The notes below the pieces were generated by a model. It was not told the origin of the DNA, did not search any database, and worked only from the letters and a program-made list of their open reading frames with translations. Made by a program: the position numbers and the translations under genes. Below, in pieces: positions 63,956 through 64,000 of a stretch of 64,000 nucleotides of DNA. The stretch is taken from positions 4,527 to 68,526 of the forward strand of contig JAHHQV010000004.1 in assembly GCA_020026175.1 (NCBI GenBank). Reading direction: 5' to 3'. The number at the start of each line of letters is the position of its first letter. Position 1 is the first letter of the stretch. This stretch comes from Phocaeicola sp. GTDB taxonomy: Bacteria > Bacteroidota > Bacteroidia > Bacteroidales > Bacteroidaceae.

Positions 63956-64000
63956 TGTGGCAATAGCCTCAGTAAGAATATATATTGAATTATATTGAAC

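Overview
AT-rich Bacteroidales chromosome segment (Bacteroidaceae/Prevotellaceae-like, judged from SusD/PUL genes, TAnnTTTG promoters and the bamA-skp-murI and murA-rimM-dxr-rseP clusters). Most of it is housekeeping or host-glycan utilisation (SusD, clan-D-like GH, GH2, GH20, sulfatase). Two accessory regions stand out. (1) ~28.6-33.3 kb is a decayed island with three broken IS elements: an internally deleted IS200/IS605 whose TnpB has RuvC-I D->N, an ISL2-like IS5 remnant, and a 429-bp IS5 derivative flanked by TTAA duplications. They surround an intact NVEALA Cys-rich peptide gene and a beta-propeller lipoprotein gene. (2) ~40.5-46.8 kb holds an intact three-gene operon: a doubly membrane-anchored 855-aa cytochrome c with 11 CxxCH motifs, a fused System II CcsBA maturase and a CCG-type Fe-S protein. 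It has an 18-bp direct-repeat operator next to its promoter and is the best candidate for an undescribed respiratory/electron-transfer system. A family of 22-bp-period palindromic repeats (AAAACG-N6-CGTTTT) occurs at two sites. No rRNA, tRNA or CRISPR array was seen. All calls come from reading motifs by eye; no database searches were run.
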